From: Convolutriloba macropyga
Taxonomy: Eukaryota
Length of the DNA stretch: 64,000 nt
NCBI RefSeq assembly: GCF_964194025.1
Contig: NC_134469.1
Location: 17,670,001-17,734,000, forward strand
Reading direction: 5' to 3'
Within the stretch, counting starts at the first letter, position 1. Every line of letters starts with the position of its first letter. The position numbers and the translations under genes are program-made. The notes under the pieces are model-generated. The model worked only from the letters and a program-made list of their open reading frames with translations, did not search any database and was not told where the DNA came from. Shown here one piece after another: positions 25,230 through 40,000 of the stretch.

Positions 25230-26479
25230 CTATCGTTTAAACCCATTCTTTTCAGCCTACTCTTTTGACCCTGACCAAAATTTCGTCAATTTGCTGAACA
25301 AATTTAACTAAACCAATGGGTAAAGGAAAGTCGGAACAGAACAATGAGAAATGTGTAAAATGAGAACGTGAACAAAAAGTAATGCAAAATTTGAAAACAG
25401 CCAGCCAATTCAGAACCAACTTGACGCGACTTGTGCCCTATCAAGCTAACCACTGTAATCTATCATAGCTCGCAGTTTCAAAAAGATAATGAACAAACAA
25501 AGAACGGAAAAGGGACATTTCTTTTTTTTCTACTAATTGCTCACATAAACTCATTTGGCCTTACTTCCTTCAGTTAATGTAGCCAAATATCCTTTTGGGA
25601 AGCCATTGTTCTCGGAAGCCGTTGTTCCAGATAGAAATGAAAAGAATCATTTAAAATTTTGGTCCAAAAAATTTAACAGTTCAAAGCATATTATAGTTCA
25701 AAAAATGACAAGTAACCATCTCTGAAATCAAGAGACAGGTCACTGCTGCCCTGTGGTCTCACAAAAAGAACTTTTAGTTTGTACATTTTGAAACTATATT
25801 TTGTACATTTCCAAATCTTTTCATTCTGTTTCTTTAATTCTCGTTTAGCACTCAAAATAATCCAGGCGTTTTTCAGTTTGCGGTTGCATGAGAAAACATA
25901 GAACGAAGCACTTTTTTCAATGGTCCGTGGGAACGTACAACTTATAAACTATTTTCAAAACAAACACTCTGATTTATTATTACTAATTGTTCGCCTTTCT
26001 CTCTATCCATACATTCCCCTCATGCCCCTAAAAAGCGTTATTTTATAGCTTGGAACACTTCCTGTGCGAAGCAAAGTGGATGCCTGTCCCCTTAATACAG
26101 GTGAGAGAAACTTTGAAATAAAAACTACTTTGAGAAAAGCTTATGAACAAAACTCTCTGCTCGCTTGCAAGAAATGTGTCTACACCTACTTTTCTCGCCA
26201 TCTGTCACAGATTAATACATGCACGAATACCACTATCTCTCATTTTTCTCAGCAGAACGACCTGAGCACTTGTTTTCAAGTGCGGTATTGACTTGTATTA
26301 CAGTTTCCCTGACAAGAATTTAAAAACATAGCTGGCAGATTGCCAGAAAATAGCCGCAATAGATTCGTAGATCGGCCGTCTAAAAAAACAGTAAAAAAGA
26401 CAGACCAAAAAAATTTGCCTTTTCATTGAAGGCTGATCTGTTATATTTTGATTAAAAATCTGTATAAGTTATTGTTGCC

Positions 26480-26750
26480 TCTATTAGCTGATCTCAAATA
26501 ACCTTCATTTAGAGTGACACACACCCATTTGACCTTATCTCTTTCAATTAAAGTAAATAAAAGTCAATTTCAAAGTGAGGAAGTCATTTTTGAGAGTGAG
26601 GTAAGTCAAGTGTGACCAAAAATTTAATCACGCGCATGAACAAAAAAACTCGCTCCACTAAGAGCAAAAAATGACGTCACACATGCAATTCAGTTGAAAT
26701 TGCATGAACGAATGAACAAAAAGTGGCTGTGACGTCATATGGTCGTAACA
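26480..26750 (+). repeat. Dispersed repeat, copy 1 (copy 2 at ~42310-42560)
   Basis: Shared blocks aaataaccttcat..agagtgacac, tgaggtaagtca, ctcgctccactaagagcaaaaaa, acgtcatatggtcgta. Confidence 0.8.
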
Positions 26751-26753
26751 TAG

Positions 26754-29700
26754 CCGGAAGAATTCCGTAAGCGACTCGAAACACCAAAACTTCACAAAAA
26801 GCTGAATCCATTACCTTTGTATCAAGACATTAACTCATTACCTCCCCGGGTCTGATCTAAAAATCGGTGAAATTTAAACCGCTGTCACCAAGAGAAAGAA
26901 AATGCAGCAAAATTTTATTATTGAAAACGTTTGGTAACGTTAAAAAAGTCTGAAATTTTTAGGATGGTCAAAAAACTGATAGCCTGACAAAGCTGACAGG
27001 GCCATCAATTGCCCTCAGATAATTAATGATTCTAGTCTCAAAAAGATCGCGAAAGCAAACGGCAGATAAAAACTTTTCAAAAAGACAGGAAAGTCAAAAT
27101 TATTCAAAAAAGAGTGCTCAAACTTAAGTATCAGAGAACCACTACAATTATATTTCTAATCACGGCAATTAGGACAAAAATAATACATGATTCTTCCTTG
27201 TTGTATATATGCCAGACAACAAGATTTCGTACTAATTCAAAAATTAAAATAGTCATAGAAAAACAAAAGCAACAGTATAATATTCAAAGGCAAAAAATCG
27301 TCTAAAAACAATACCAAGCCCGGAAGAAAATTGCAATGAATAGTAATAAGTAGAAATGTTGGAAAAGACTTTCTAGCAAACTCCCAGTACTGCCTTATTT
27401 TGAATTAAATCAATTGCAAACCGAAGAAACCAAGATCTAAGAAAAAGCTGAATTCATTCAATTTTTTAACAACTGAAAAAATCAATATAACGAATATAAA
27501 AGTAGTTGCCAAGACAAAACTAGAATGATACAAACAAGAATGTGAAGAATATGGACACAATGTTAAGAAAACCGTAACAAAAAGACCAAATCTTCATTTT
27601 TGAAAGTTAAACATCAAAGTTAAAAAAATCAAGAAAAACGAGTACATTTCGTTGATCAGCATTCGAGACATAGAAAAGACAACGAGTCATTGGAGACAAA
27701 AATCCAACCTGCTGAACAGAATAAAACAAGAAAAACCAGAATTCAGAAATACGAAACAATGAAACATTTTGCAAAAAAGTGGTCAAAAAATATTTAAAAC
27801 TGCATTTATGAAAAAAATTTATCTGTTTTTTTTTCAAAATCTTAACACCAAAAAATGATCGAATTTTTATTGAAACGAAATTAAGGTTCCTCATGTTCCC
27901 CAAAATACTATTTCTAGTAATTAAAAGCAAAATACAAACAAAAACTGAAAAAAATTGCCAAAAAACTACAAAAACCGGATTAGCAAATGTACAATTTTAT
28001 GAAACAAAATTACATCGAGGTAGAAAGAGGCATTGAGTATATGAAATATCAAAGGGAAGTTGACATATTAACTGATTTTTGACAAAAAACAGCCAAAAGA
28101 TTCAAAAATGAAGAAATCAGTAGAAAAAAAAGCAAAATTAACTAAAAAATCAAGAAATGTGCCAATTTCGCATTTGAAACGCAATTTCAGGCTATGCAAA
28201 ATACTGTGCTATCAATTTCCGGGGTTTACATTTCAACATAGCATCGATTAAAAATTATTGCTACAAAAATCCAGTATACAAGCAAAAAAAACTAGGCCCC
28301 TTAGACGAAAAAACGGCTAAAAACGGTTATCTATATGTGCCATTCATTCAAAAACTACTTTTCAATGTCAAAAAGTCATTCACTAAACGCAGCGCATGAT
28401 CAAAAAACTTCTCTCGCTCAGAAAAAATTAGTTCACACTGCAATTTTACTCGCTTTCGCTTTTAGGTCAAAACATCGTCTGAACGAATAGTACTTCTGGT
28501 AAAAAAAAAACATAACCGGAAGAATTCCGGAAGCGACTCGAAGCGTAAAAACTTGACAAAAATCCTAATTGCAGCTAAAACCATTACCTTTTTTAATAAA
28601 CCATAAACTCATACTCATTACCCCACCATCCCCCCCCCCTGGTCTGATCTTAAAATTGGTGAAAACCTCTGTCACCAAGAGAAACAAAAAGCCGCAAAAA
28701 TATTTATTATTGATAACGTTTGGTAAGGATAAGTGCAAAATAATTAGGATAGTCAAAACACTGATAGTCTCAGAAAGCTGACAGGGCTATCAACTGCCCT
28801 CGAATAATTCATGATTCTAATCTCAAAAAGATCGCTAAAGCAAACGGCAGATAATAATACCTTAGAAACTAAACTAAATTTTTCAAAAAATAATGCTCAA
28901 AGTTAAGAATCAGAAAACTACTTTAGTTAGATTTCTCATCACTGCAATTAAAGCAAAAACAACATATACTTTGTTCTTCTTGTATATATGCTAGACAACA
29001 TGATTTCAAACTAATTCAACAATTAAAAATAATCATAGAAAAGCAACCGAGTATAATTTAAAGGCAAAAAAAGTTTAAGAACAATTCCAAGGTCGGAAAA
29101 AAATACCATAAAAAGTAATAAGTAGCAATTCTGGAAGAGGCTTTCTAGTACACTCTTAGTACTGCCTTATGTTGAACGAAATCAATTGCAAGCCAAAGAC
29201 ATGACGAAAATCTAAGAAAAAGCCGAAATCATTCAATTTGTTAATAACTGAAAAAATCAATAAAACCAGTATAAATGTAGGTGCCAGGACAGAGCTAGAA
29301 TGATACAAGCTAGAATGTGAACAATATGGACACAATGTCAAGAACACCGTAACAAAGACTAATTCTTGATTATTGAAAGTTCAAATCAAGGTTTAAAAGT
29401 TTTGAAAGTTCAAAAATCTAATTTAAAAAAACAAGAAAAACTAACACCATTTCATTTTTCAGCATTCGAGACATAGGAAATACAACGATACATCCGACAC
29501 AACAATCTATCCTCCTGAACAGATGAAAAAAAAGAAAAAGCAGAAATCAAACATACGAAACATTGAAACATTTTGCAAAAAAAGGTCAAAAAATTTTTAG
29601 GACTGCATTTATAAAAACAAATTAACTAATTTTCAAAAATTTAACGCTAAAAAATTATTGACGTTTTTATTGAAACGAAATTAAAGACCCTCATGTTGCA

Positions 29701-30313
29701 CAAAAACAATATTTCTAGTAATTAAAACCAAAATACAGACAAAAAACTGAGAAAAATAGGAAAAAAACTACCAAAATCGGATTAGCATATGTACAATTTT
29801 ATAAAACAAAATTACATCGAGGAAAAGGAGGCATCGAGTATATGAATTGTCAACGGGAAGTAGTCATATTGACTGATTTTGACAGATATTGACTGATATT
29901 GACAAAAAGACGGCTAAAATATCCAAAAAAGGCCAAAAATTAATTAAAAAATCAAGAAATTTATGCCAATTTTGAACTTGAAACGCGTTTTCAGGCTCTG
30001 CAAAACACTGTGCTATTAATTTCCAAGGTTAACATTTCAATATAGCATCGAATAAAAATCATTTCTACAAAAAACTAAATTACAAGCAAAAAAAATGGGC
30101 CACTTAGACGAAAAAACGGCTAAAAACGGTTATCTATAAGTTCCATTCAGTCAAAAACTACTTTTCAAAGTCAAAAAGTCATTCACTAAACGCAGCGCAT
30201 GATCAAAAAAACTTCTCTCGCTCAGAAAAAATTAGTTCACACTTCAATTTTTCTCACTTTCTCTTTAGGTCAAAACAGCGTCTGAACGAATAGTACTTCC
30301 GGTAAAAAAAAAC
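26754..30313 (+). repeat. Head-to-tail duplication of a ~1.76-kb A-rich unit (26754-28515 and 28516-30313)
   Basis: Both units begin ccggaagaattccg.aagcgactcgaa and end gtctgaacgaatagtacttc.ggtaaaaaaaaa; co-linear but diverged. Confidence 0.9.
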
Positions 30314-30434
30314 CTTAAGAAAACCAATACTCCTCTTCGAGTCGTAAAAAACCAAGAGAAGGCCAATAATAGCCCCAGCTATCGCTGTGCGGCTATTAAA
30401 ATACGAAAACCACCATAACTCGTCTTCGAGTCGT

Positions 30435-30951
30435 AAACATACCCGGCAGATAGCCGGAAAATAGCCGCCGTTGATTCCAATAAGCATGATTGGGATTGAA
30501 ATAACAGAAGATATTGAAAAAGAAAGATTTTTGTACAAAAACATTTTTTAAGTCCGATTTATTTTGAAGGCATTTCGTAGTTGAACATACTTTTGTTTCT
30601 TAGAGAGAGGCTACAGGGGCTCCTATCAATAACAATAAGCATTAGAGATGGTAAATACGACTTATAGGAACGACGTTCAAATAGCGGACATCTAAAATTG
30701 GGCTTTATGGGTTTATCCCGTTTCTACTTCTGACTTCAATTTTTTATACTGACTCTGTTCATTTTGAATTGCTTTGCTGCGCAACTGATGTTCAAAATCA
30801 CTTTTAGCAGAATGAGAGAAGAGAGAAACTAGCCTAGAGAAGTCAAAAAGATTTCACGCAAAATGTTGAAAAGGCGGCAAAATGAGGTAAAGCGAAACAT
30901 TTTTTTATTCGACGAAGTAAAAAAAAATAGGAGCGCTATAATAGCCGGCTG
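30435..30951 (+). repeat. Dispersed ~520-bp repeat, copy 1 (copy 2 at 48093-48611)
   Basis: Both copies run from aaacatacccggcagat.gccggaaaatagccgccgttgattcc to aaaataggagcgctata..tagccggctga; partial heads also at ~26325 and ~46975. Confidence 0.85.
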
Positions 30952-31078
30952 AATAGATGAGGGCGGCTATTAAAAATAACCACCTCAATAATAGCCGTTA
31001 CTGAAACCATTCGGTTAGCTTACAAACTAGCAAATAAGTTTTTTCAAGTGAGATCTAGCATTAATTTTTATTTGGCAC

Positions 31079-34000
31079 CTATAAAGTTTCCCTTTCCATC
31101 GAGACAAAATGTCTCGTAAACGCTATGAGGGCAGGCATGGACGCAGGCAGTGATATTCCTCTTATAAACATTAATTGGACAGTTCACAATTAAATTACCT
31201 GGTCTTGAGATAGTACATTATAGGTCATGTGATTGTTAGATGGCTCTCCACATCCGTAAAGCGAGAACGGTGGCTTCTGCTTTGGACTTGTCATCACATG
31301 AGGTTTAGAGTTGATGTTACTGGTACGTACACCTGGTTTCTAAAATTAAAACATCACGACACAATTTGCACAAAAATTTTGATAGTTTCAACTATTCATC
31401 TTTTGGCAGCGATATTGTCTACCACTATGTGATTAATGTTAGTTTGTAATACTGTAGCTGTACACTAGAATGCATTGCTAATATATAAGAGGCAGTATGT
31501 GACAACTCAAAATATTCATTATTTTAATTGACCTTTCGGGAAAGAAAACGAGGTCGTTGGAAAAAAATGGAGACCAAAAAACGCAATGCATAATTATTCT
31601 GAAATTAATCGTTAACTTTAAAATGGCACACACTTACGCTCTTCAACCTCATCTTCGATTCTGATGGTATTTTTGTTCCCTGGGTAGACCGATTTGATTG
31701 AACGTTGTCCACTTGACACGGCTTCAAAATTCGAGACCTCACATCAGCCCTGTCCCGCTCTGAAATCAATGATCAATGACAGCTTAAATCATTCGAAAAC
31801 GCCCTCTTGAGATCAATGATTCATTACATCAGATGACGACTTGTTGGAAATTCAGACACAGCTAGCACTAAAAAAATACGGCGCTCAATTTATGTAACAA
31901 ATAAAAACTGTCAAAAGAGGTAAAAAAGATGCCTCCATTCATCCTCCGTTACTCATTACGTACCGTTCTGACATAGAGTGGCAGTTACCATTATGGATCA
32001 ATCATTATCAATGATAGTTACCAAAATGCAATCACAATTACCATATTCAATGTAGAAACTTTTACCCGAACACGGCAAGTAAGATACAAATATTTAAAAT
32101 CAATCAAAACTTCTAGAAGACAAAAATTTAAGATTCTTTTCTAATTAAAAATTGAAAACTTACTTTTTCTGGAGAATTTATATTTTGCAGCGTCTCTTAA
32201 AACAAAACCGGCAAACTTTGGACTAATTGTTCTGAAGGGTGAGCGGGTTCAAATGCAGCTGGCCTCAATGGGAGGTCGCTCCAATTTAGTCTATTTAAAC
32301 TAGGGAGCTATAATTCCACTAAGGATTCTAATTATGCTCTTAGATCTTATAAGCGACCACAGAATTTGAATCAGAAGTTTAATTGACAACAGCGCTAATT
32401 ATGCGTATAAAAATTCCGCCATTTGTGTTCAGCAAAAGAAATTTTAATTCACATATGGATCAGTCACTTCTAGCAGAGAAATCACACAAATAGTTTTGAA
32501 TTAAAGTTCTTCACTTAATGGGCTCAAAAGGTACCTTGAAGAACCGATGTCAATGGAACTAATTATGTTGATATTATGTAAGGTAGATATGATTTTCTCG
32601 TTGCAGTAGCCCTACGTTCAGCAAGTAAACTAAGCGAGATTTGTGTTGGACGTCGCGTAGTACAAGTCAATGTATAACTGAGTTAGAATCAAAGCTATTC
32701 TCAATTGCGAAACTTAGGTCGGATAGATGTCAAAATGAAAGAAAGTACCGAAATTACAATTTTCGCTCGGTTAAAGCTGATTTTTAAAAAAAATCGTTCC
32801 AATATTGCTCTGAAAATAATAAAATTAGAAGCGAGTCGTTGCTTGATGAGAACTAATGATTAAGATAAACTTATTAAATAGAGTGAACAAATTTACAAAC
32901 TGTGTGATTTCAGATCATTTGAAGCTAGGAACTATATCAATAAGACCACCGGTAACAATTATTGGTTCCAACGGTTTATTTCTATCTTTCTTTCAAGCCC
33001 CGTCCGTTCCTAGCTTGGACGGGTGAAAAAAGAAGACTCAATGCGATTTCATATCTTTAAAAATTCCAAGACCAGAAACATAATTTTTGCCGATTCCCAG
33101 TTGAAACATCTCCGATTTCCGAATTTTAACATCCTATCACTTCCAGGAGCGCAAATTCGACATCTATCCATTCTTACCGGAAAAAGGGAATACGACAATA
33201 TAGTTTTATTCATTGGTGGAAACGACATCTTCACCTGCTCAACACCATCGAAAAAAGAACCAGAAGAAACAGCAGAAGAACTTGCCCTACTAGCCGAAGA
33301 ACTTGTGCCCCTTGCGACAGAGAAAGTATTTGTAATTGGCATCCCATCACGAGGAAGCGACAGCGCGAGTAAAAAGAAGGCCAAAGCAACAAACGAATTC
33401 ATCAACAAATTAAAAAAAGAGTAAAAAGTGGGAATACATAGGCATCACTGAAGAAGTTTATTCCCCGGAACTACACCGGAGTAACGACGCCGTCCACCTC
33501 ATCGGGAAGGCCCTTGGAGGAATCTGCTCCATATTAAAGAACAAAACCCTACGCACAAATTTAAGCGCAAACAGACAAAAAAGACCATCCAAAGGAATAC
33601 CACTGTGCTAGGAACTGCGAGTGTGGTTCGTACAACTCCACGAATTACCAACGGTACCAGTAATTGGTTCCAAAGGTAAATAAGTTTTTCTTTCCCCAAT
33701 TTATTAGTTCAACCCGTTTAAACTTCGAATTTTTCTGTAAAATCACACACAACGAAATGAGTTCCGAAACATCTGGTAAACAAATTCAATTAGAGGGTAT
33801 GAGTATCCAATGTGAAACCTTTTCTCAGTCAATTGGTAAAAAAGAGGCAATCTTCCGTTGCGTATGCTGTGCCACAATCATGCACATGTCCCCAAGCTGC
33901 ACAAAATTTAGCATCGAAATAATAAATGCAGTTCAACAGGTCAATCAAAACGTTCTGCTTCTATGCAACGCTTGCGTACAGCAGAACAAACGTGATCTGA

Positions 34001-37000
34001 TTCTGGACATCATAAAAAGTCCACCACAAAAATCTAGAAATAAGAGACATTCAAACCACAATCTAAGAAACTATTAGAAGCAAAATAAATGAAATGGAGA
34101 ATAAACTGCCAACAGCTAACAACAACATTGAAAAAACCCCACAGTAAAGTCTAGAAATGCAAATGACCTGGCAATTAGAATAAGAGGAATTGATGAAAGT
34201 AAGAAAGAAACCGCTCGTGAAAGAACTGAAGAAGATATACAAGAAATACAGTCAATCCTCAAATTCCTCAAGCTAGACTGCCAAATTACGGACTGCAGGC
34301 GCATGGCTGCTTTCAAAGATGGAAGGCATCGTACCATTCTTGCAACCATGCAATGCATGTATGACAAAACACTCTCACTACTCTCACTCTCAAGATTGAA
34401 ACGATATAGCAAAACAGTGTACATTAGCAAAGACTACTCCCTGCAAGAAGAAGAGCAACTGAACAACTGTCTGAAGAGCAACTGAATCTGACATTATATG
34501 AAAAACAAGATGAAAATTTGGTCGAGTACTCAGACAATGCTCGGTATTCCTCCTGACTCGCAAAAAATACAGAAAAAAAGAGGTATCAATTCTAACGTTC
34601 AATCTACATAGTTTCATTGATCTACCACGAAGATTTGCATTTGCAAACGCTATTATCCCCTACAATCCAGACATTCTTTGCCTAACCGAAACATGGTTCA
34701 CAGAAGAAGTTCCAAACGAAGCACTCTTTCTCAAAAATTATGTCATTCACAGAAATGACAGAACTTCAAAAGGCAGTGTCTCAAAACATGGAGGTGTTCT
34801 AGTGGCATCTGCATTTACAACCCACCTAAAGACAGCTCACACAGATGGTGCAAGCAGAAGTTGAAAGACCTCACACAAACGCTAAAGTTTTTAGAGAAGA
34901 AAACAAAGCCAAAATCAATCATCATTACAGGAGATCTCAACTTCCCAACCACTGACTGGAAACAAATGTCATCACCAGATGAACTTGACAACACGTGGCT
35001 CAACTATTTCATAGATGAAAATTTTGAACAAATGCTAAACTTCACTGACCTTTTGGGGTATAAAAAACAGCTAGATGTCTTCCTAACAAACGAACCACAA
35101 TTTTGGGTCAATTCAAAAATCGAAATCAAAATTAGTAATAACTATGCCCTCAACAACAAAAAATGCTCAGACCATTACGCTTACATAACACGATACGAAT
35201 GCAACTACGATCAAGCGACCGATCGCAGCAGACCAAAATACGCTTACAAAAGAATAGATTGGATTAATTTCAATTGCAACATCTCAAAAAACCCATTTAA
35301 ACCCTATTGTTACAGTAACGTTGACGAACTTCTTAAACAGTGGTATGAATGGTTCAATCGCCTTTTCGATCAAAATGTCCCAAGGGTAACTCAGCACAGA
35401 TCACAGCTCCCCCCGTGGGTGTCAAAAAGCACATCCCATGAAATGAAAAAACTATCAACTTTGAAACGAAAAGCAATTGCCCATCCAAGTCCTGCTCCAA
35501 GCACACTAAACAAAATAGATTGTCTCGCAAAAAAAGTCAACACACTTTGTGAAAACGATCAAGTCATCTATGAAATCGAGATAATCGCAACACGTCAATT
35601 CAATGTTTTTCAAAAATATTTACGATCAATTAAAAAAGTCTCACCATTCCCAAGCGAGATGCACCTAAATGAACAAACTGCTAACACTAATGAAGAGAAA
35701 GCAGAGTTGTTCAGTTTATTTTTCCAGAGTGTTTTCAATTCAAAAACATCAAAAGTTGAGAACCAGTTCAATTTTGAAGAAAAAGATCTTAATCGCTTTG
35801 ATATTTCAGAAAAAGAAATTGAAAGTATTCTAAATAAATTTGATACTAGTAAAGCCAACCGCCCTGATGATATAAGTAACCTGTTTCGGAAAAATCTATC
35901 AAAAACAATAAGCAGATCCTTACTTCTACTTTTTCAAACATTCATTAACAAAGGTAAATTTCCAGCATATTGGAAACAAAGTGACAAAACACCAATAAAC
36001 AAAGAGGGCGATAAAGCCGCAATCAATATGTATAGACCAATTAATTGCTCATGTTGCCTCTCAAAAGTTTTCGAGAAACTTATGTTCAACAAACTCTATG
36101 AGCACGTTAAAGGAACACTTACGATTCTCAGTTTGGTTTTCGGCCTCAACGTTCACCAATTATTCAAATGTTATGCTTTCTAGACCAACTGTACAAAGAA
36201 GTCGACTCAATTGCACATGATGAACTTTTCGTTTTCTACCTGGATTTCCAGAAAGCGTTTGATACAGTACCCCACCACAGCGTTGTCGCAAAACTGTCGG
36301 AATCAGGGATCGGGGGAAAAGCGCTCAGATTAATAGCCAACCACTGCGACGACAGAAAACAACGTGTTCGCATTGGAACGGCAAAGTCGAGCCTTTGTAA
36401 CGTCACTAGCGGCGTACCGCAAGGTTCAATCTGGGGCCACTACTTTTTCTCGTCTAGCTAAATGATTTACCACAAAAAATCGAATACAGTCAAACCTACG
36501 GTTATGCTGATGATTACAAATTGCTCTCTAATAACAAATATGAACTTCAAATTGATCTCCAGAAATTAAATGAATGGTGCAACAACAACGAAATGCGCCT
36601 CCATGAAAACAAATGCAAGATCCTTTGTTTCAAGAAAAAGTCGCTCTTTACAAAAAAAAATGAAACTGTCAACATCTCGTCTCATCAAAAAGATCTCGGA
36701 ATACAAGTTTGTGATAACCTCACTTGGCATCAAAACGCAAGCACACGAGCCTCCAAAACTCTTAAAGAACTTTGGTACCTCAGAAGAAATCTTCACCAAA
36801 TGCATACAAGGGTTACATTGTACCAATTATATCCTACGCCTGTCAAGTGTGGTATTCGTCTAAATGCGATCTAGTACTCATCGAAAGAATCCAAAAAAGT
36901 GCAACAAAATGGATAATAGGTTCTTCTCTCACATATAAGGAACGTTTAATCAAACTGAAAATTCGACCTCTATCTCTTTACTTCGAACTTCACAGCTTAC

Positions 37001-40000
37001 TACTGCTATGTGATCTCATAAACAATAAATACAACATTGTCATAGAAAAGTCTATAGATTTCAACAACAATAAACGGACAAGACAAGGCGCAAAATGTGA
37101 AATCAAACTTACGAAAAAACTATTATTCAAAAGCGACGAAAATTTCTGGTCGAGAACAGCCTATCTCTATAATATTGTCAACAAACACACAGACCTTACA
37201 GACAACAAAAATATAAAATATCGGATCAGCGACATTTATTGGAAATTCTTTTTTCGAAGTTTTAACGAAATTGACATGTGCACTTGGAGAATTTGCTGCC
37301 TGTGCAAAAACTGTAACCCTATTTCAAAACTATCTCATTTATAACGATCAATAAGGGTGCTTCAACCCGTGCATTGCAGAAGCCTGAACTACTACTACTA
37401 CCACTAACGAAACTCGACTAACTATGCGTGCTGGGTGAGCAGGTTGCAAGATAACATGGGGAAAGAAAAATATGAGTGGGGTGGGGTGGGTTGGGGCATT
37501 CGAGACTTAGAACAATTCGCTTTTAAATTTCTCTCTTCCACGCACATTCTAATCTGTGCATCGTCAAGACCAGTATAGCCCAAAACAGCCCAGACAAAAA
37601 AACGGTTGTATGTTAAAACGGAGCACGTATTCGTTTGGTTCGTCCTTCAAGTGGTACCCAATTACGCAAAATTATGAAAATGAACGAAGACAACTATTAC
37701 TAGTTCAAGGTCATTTCAAGCTATTCGTAGCCGTAATAGTTTGTTTCAGAAATGGAAAATATTTTTTTAAATAATTGTCATAATGATTTTGATTATGTGG
37801 CTTAAATTATCAGCGGCACAAAATTGTCTCTCAATGTTTATCAAGTTTTTCTTGCAAAAACCCTAAACTGTGTTATGGTAAAACGAAGGAACAAATAGCA
37901 TGTAGAAGTCAAAATGAATTAAGGCAGTTGTATAAAAAGCTGCAAAAACGGGTGAAACGGATCGATCTGTTTGAAAACTTAGCAGGGCAAGGTGTAACAA
38001 AAGTCAAGCAATAAAAAACGTCACAGAAAATTTAAATTTAACAAGCTGATTGATTTCATATCTACTGACGTGTTCTGTTATCGATAAAGCAAATGTGGTT
38101 ACACAATTGAGAAAGAAAGGTTAAATATACAATTTGAAATCTAAGGTTTCAAAGTAATCAAAAATCATTTGGTGCGGCTTTTCAAAACAGGTGGCGTATC
38201 ATCTATACCAAAACCTGCCAATTTTGATAGCTTAAAAAAAGAAATTAATAACAAAGCATTAAAATAAATGTGAGATTAATTTTTGACAAAATAGCAGTGA
38301 AAATATGCGATTAGTACAACAGTTTTGGTTGCTTTCATACCTGTGGAGTTAAATAAAAAATGTAGCGTTTTACGTGTAGCGGCTCCCAACAACTCAAAAT
38401 CGTTTTTCAACAGCAGAATTATGAGGAAAAAATCATTAGTGGCATAAAAGGTAATCAAAAATAAAAAAGGATCAAAGAGTGATTTCTTTTTAAAATCCCA
38501 GTAAGTACGCAAAAAAAGTACAAAATGCAGAATGAGTGCTTGTTGACTGGTGTACAGTCAATTACACATGCGGCAAAAGTGCATGCTATCAGTAGAACTG
38601 AAAACTTCTCTTAGTTTTTCAGGTTCGATATCAAGTATCTTTATAATTTGATTTTTCAAAATTTTTTAAAATAATTAACCACTAATAGACAGATCTCAAA
38701 TGGACAGATCTCTCTGTTTTTCAAGACTTAAAAGTTAGGTTAACAGGTGGGGGACCGGTTGAAAATTGTAGTGAAATTCTAGACGCAGAGAGCTTCAAAT
38801 TGATACATATGCTAGCCTGGGATGCCCTCAAAAAAGTCAACAATTTACTGACCAAAAAATGGGGCTAGCATAAAGTTCTCCCATTTATTTTTTTTTAAAA
38901 ATGCGGGAAGAATTAATTGCTACAATTTTCATTTGTGAGCACCAATGACACATTAGAGCGTCTACAAAAATGGCGAATGGTCAAAGAGTTCTTGAGGAAA
39001 TAGCCGGTGTGGCTCGGCTATCTTCCATTTCTGGTGGGAATAATTACTGCGCCACATATCTGAGACGTATTTGAAAAATTTAACCAGAGAAAACCAACTT
39101 TACCTGAAAAAATTTTCTGTGAGTGTAACTTTGACATATCTTTACGGGGTCGTTGATTGCCTTTGCTATCTAATTTACTTAAAACTCTATTTCCTGTGGC
39201 GTCATCATCAAGCGCCGGACTCCGGCGCTCCTGGATATTCTCAGTATCAGCATCTGAAGCTTCACGCGATTCATTGTCGCTTAGTTGCAACTTCGTCATT
39301 CTGGGTACTAATTGTTCATTTTGTTCTCGGTGTTGAGTTGATACGTTGCGCGTTTGAGGCACCATAGTAGTCGGATTGATATTAGTTCTGTCTGAATAAT
39401 TATCAGTAACTTTTGAGCTTGGAGTCTGTACTCTGGTCTGATAATTCGGTTCTGCAGCTCTCTCTTGTGTTTGAGATGTCACATACGAGTTGTTTTCCCA
39501 GAATCTCGGCGAGTGAGCTAGCTCATGTAGTTTTCTCTGGTGACGGTAATTGAGTCGTTCAAGGTATCTCTCGTATTCCATATTCCAGTCGGGTGCGTTG
39601 TAATAAGCCTTGTAAAACGAAACTCTTCTTGAGTCGTCTTCTTTTGCATCAATATGATAGTCGCCCACAAAATTCAAAATCATCAGGCTCACTTATCATA
39701 TCTGAAAAGATAACATTGAATGCAGCCAGCTATCACATTTTGATCTCGAAGCAACATTTAACATATTTATTACGTTTATTGCATTTCTAAGTTGACAGCG
39801 CAAATGGTTCTTGAACCTTCTATTTCGACGACACAATCTGATTGATAACATTAGCAATTACTTGAAATGATTCGAGAGATAGCTAAATTTCATTCGTTTT
39901 TGTCTCTGAATTATCAGACTAAATCTCATACTTGCCTCCGAATTTTTTTAACCATCGGTCATAAATATTGTACAAAAAAAGAATGTGGAACTGCTAAATT

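Larger units (their letters stand above)
32990..37406 (+). mobile_element. CR1/L2-group non-LTR retrotransposon (LINE), near full length, inactivated
   Basis: Esterase ORF, PHD/RRM ORF1, APE (LCLTETW, GDLN, SDH), RT (LDFQKAFDTV, GVPQGS, YADD), Cys-rich C-terminus TWRICCLCKNC, (ACT)n tail at ~37388-37406; several frameshifts and stops. The 5' end is approximate. Confidence 0.92.
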
